Below the pieces are notes generated by a model. It worked only from the letters and a program-made list of their open reading frames with translations, did no database searches and had not been told where the DNA came from. Positions 62,170 to 64,000 of a DNA stretch of 64,000 bases are shown here, piece by piece; within the stretch, counting starts at the first letter, position 1; each line of letters begins with the position of its first letter. Source of the DNA: Lama glama (lineage: Eukaryota); the NCBI GenBank assembly GCA_028534125.1, contig CM052818.1:15316001-15380000 (forward strand), given 5' to 3'. The position numbers and the translations under genes were made by a program.

Positions 62170-63700
62170 CGTGATGAGATAATGAGAATTGGAATTATGA
62201 TGTCATCTAAGTGTGCCTTTAAATATGTACATTTGCCTGGCCTTCCAAAGGGGGTGGGCTTACTTGCCTTACTACTGGAATTTCCCCACACTCTCACCTT
62301 GGTTGTTAACATTATGATTTTTAAAAATTTGGCCACTCTTATGGTTGACAGATGGTCTCCCATTGTTTTACATTACCCTGCTAATTAGCAAAGTTGACTA
62401 CCTTTTCGTATATTGTTTTGCATTAATCTTTTCATACAATTAACCTTTTCATATGGTTAATCTTTTCATATAATTGACAATTTGCATTTCCTTTTGCTGA
62501 ATATTTTATGTTTAAGCCTTTGCTTCTTTTGTCTTTTTGACCTGTGTAGTTGTCTGTATATATTTTTTGCATATATACTTAATATTTGCCAGACACTATT
62601 CTACACTATTCTACACAGTCTACATATATTAACTCGTTTAATCTTTGCAGCAATCCTGCAAAGTAGTTTACTTTTATTAGCCTCATTTTACAGATCCAAA
62701 AAATTGTTTGGCCCTGAGAGGCTAAGTACTCTGAGGGAGGTGACCTAGCTTGCGATTCCTTGTTTCAGCCGTTGTGAATACTGTCTCCCTATTTTTTGGT
62801 TTGTATTCTGCCTTTATTTATAGTGTCTTTTGTTTCATGGAAAATTTGAGATTTGGTCTTAAAAAAATTTATCAAACTTTTAAAATGACTTATTCAAAGA
62901 GACCTTTCTTAATCTCAAGTTTGTATACATTTACTCTTAGATTTTAAGACAGAGTAATAAAATTCTGTTTTTATTGAGATTTTAAATTTGATTTGTGTGT
63001 GTGTGTGTAAAAAATTTTACTTTAAAAATGAATGGCTAGTTTTTCCAATAGTTCGTCTTTTTTGAATAGCCTATGTTTTATCCATTGATTTAAATGACAC
63101 CCATGCCATACTCTAGATTCATGCATATTCTTGGTTTATTTGGAGTTCTTTTTTTCCTTTTAGCTTTACATTCTGAGTTATTATAACTTATGATATGCTT
63201 GCATATGTGGTAGGTATTTGCCATTGATTTTTCTTCTCCAAAATTGTCTTGCATATTATTGTGGATTTAGTTTTCTTCACCATGAAGTTTAATCAGTTGA
63301 TCAGGTTTGGTGAAAAGTCCAGTTGTGGACTCTATGTGGATTGCTTTGAAATTAACATTGTTTGGAGACTATTGACATCTTTATTTTAATGAGCATGGTA
63401 TATCACTGTATTTATTCAAGTATTTTTTAACACCTAGAAAATATATTTTAGAGGGTTTTTTTTGAAAGTGAAGATCTTGCATGTATTTGTATAGTCTTAG
63501 TCCTATCTAAGTATTTCCTAGTAGTTGCTATGGTAAATGGCATTTTTTTTTTCAATTCCATTTTCTAATTCATTATAGGTGGCATGTAGGAAAACTATTG
63601 GATTCTTTGTTTGCTGCTCTTGTGTCTGACCATCTTTTTTTTTTTTAACTTCAATTAATTTTTAAGCTGATTATCTTTTTACTAGATCTTCAACTAGTGT
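62170..63700 (-). mobile_element. Ancient L1ME ORF2 3' region, interrupted by MIR
   Basis: TTTCCCCACACTCTCACC, TTTGGCCACTCT, TTTGGAGACTATTGACATCTTTA, ATGAGCATGGTATATC, GTTGCTATGGTAAATGG. Confidence 0.75.
62575..62752 (-). mobile_element. MIR SINE
   Basis: TGCCAGACACTATTCTA...ATTAACTCGTTTAATCTT...CAATCCTG...CTCATTTTACAGAT...CTGAGAGGCTAAGTA. Confidence 0.8.
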
Positions 63701-64000
63701 TGCTATCCAGGTCTTCCTTTTTAATGATTTGCCCTGATTTCCACTGAAAGGCAGCAAACCCTTCTAAACTTTGTATCAGTAGAATTGCCTCTCAGGGACT
63801 TCATGGTCAACCTGCCTGACCTTACCCTCAAACTAATTCCAAATGTACTTCACTCAGTGGCTAGGTTTGTCAGTGCACTAATATGATGAAAGTAATTCAA
63901 TTCCCAAATTACGTTTTGAAATACTTAGTGCATCCTGCCAAAAGATACTTGAAATAACAGGTGTTTTCTATGGCTCTTGACAATTTACAGTGGCCAAATG

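Overview
This is AT-rich mammalian (eutherian) non-coding genomic DNA, probably from a cetartiodactyl. It carries an artiodactyl-type L1 3' end, ERV1 LTRs and a Tigger1-derived MITE, and I saw no Alu, B1, CAN, PRE-1, Bov-tA/BovA2 or CHR SINEs, so a camelid is plausible (inference). There are three 500-N scaffold gaps. I found no intact protein-coding gene, rRNA, tRNA or CRISPR array; the long ORFs in the track are N-run artefacts or decayed/antisense repeat sequence. A large share of the window is decayed transposable elements (L1, L2, MIR, MaLR/ERVL/ERV1 LTRs, hAT and Tc1/mariner MITEs). The most structured object is a minus-strand class I (ERV1, gamma-like) provirus remnant at about 10.8-14.7 kb. 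Its gag is fused after the capsid MHR directly to RNase H-integrase, and it lacks protease, RT, env and the 5' LTR. Other points worth checking are a 1.2 kb three-part L1 (5'UTR + RT piece + 3'UTR), a minus-strand 3'UTR-like segment downstream of a solo LTR, and a few candidate plus-strand exons. Retroelement strand bias suggests the window is intronic in a plus-strand gene. Repeat family names come from my recognition of consensus motifs, not from a database search, and boundaries are approximate unless TSDs are quoted. I cannot support a claim of a new biological system from this sequence.
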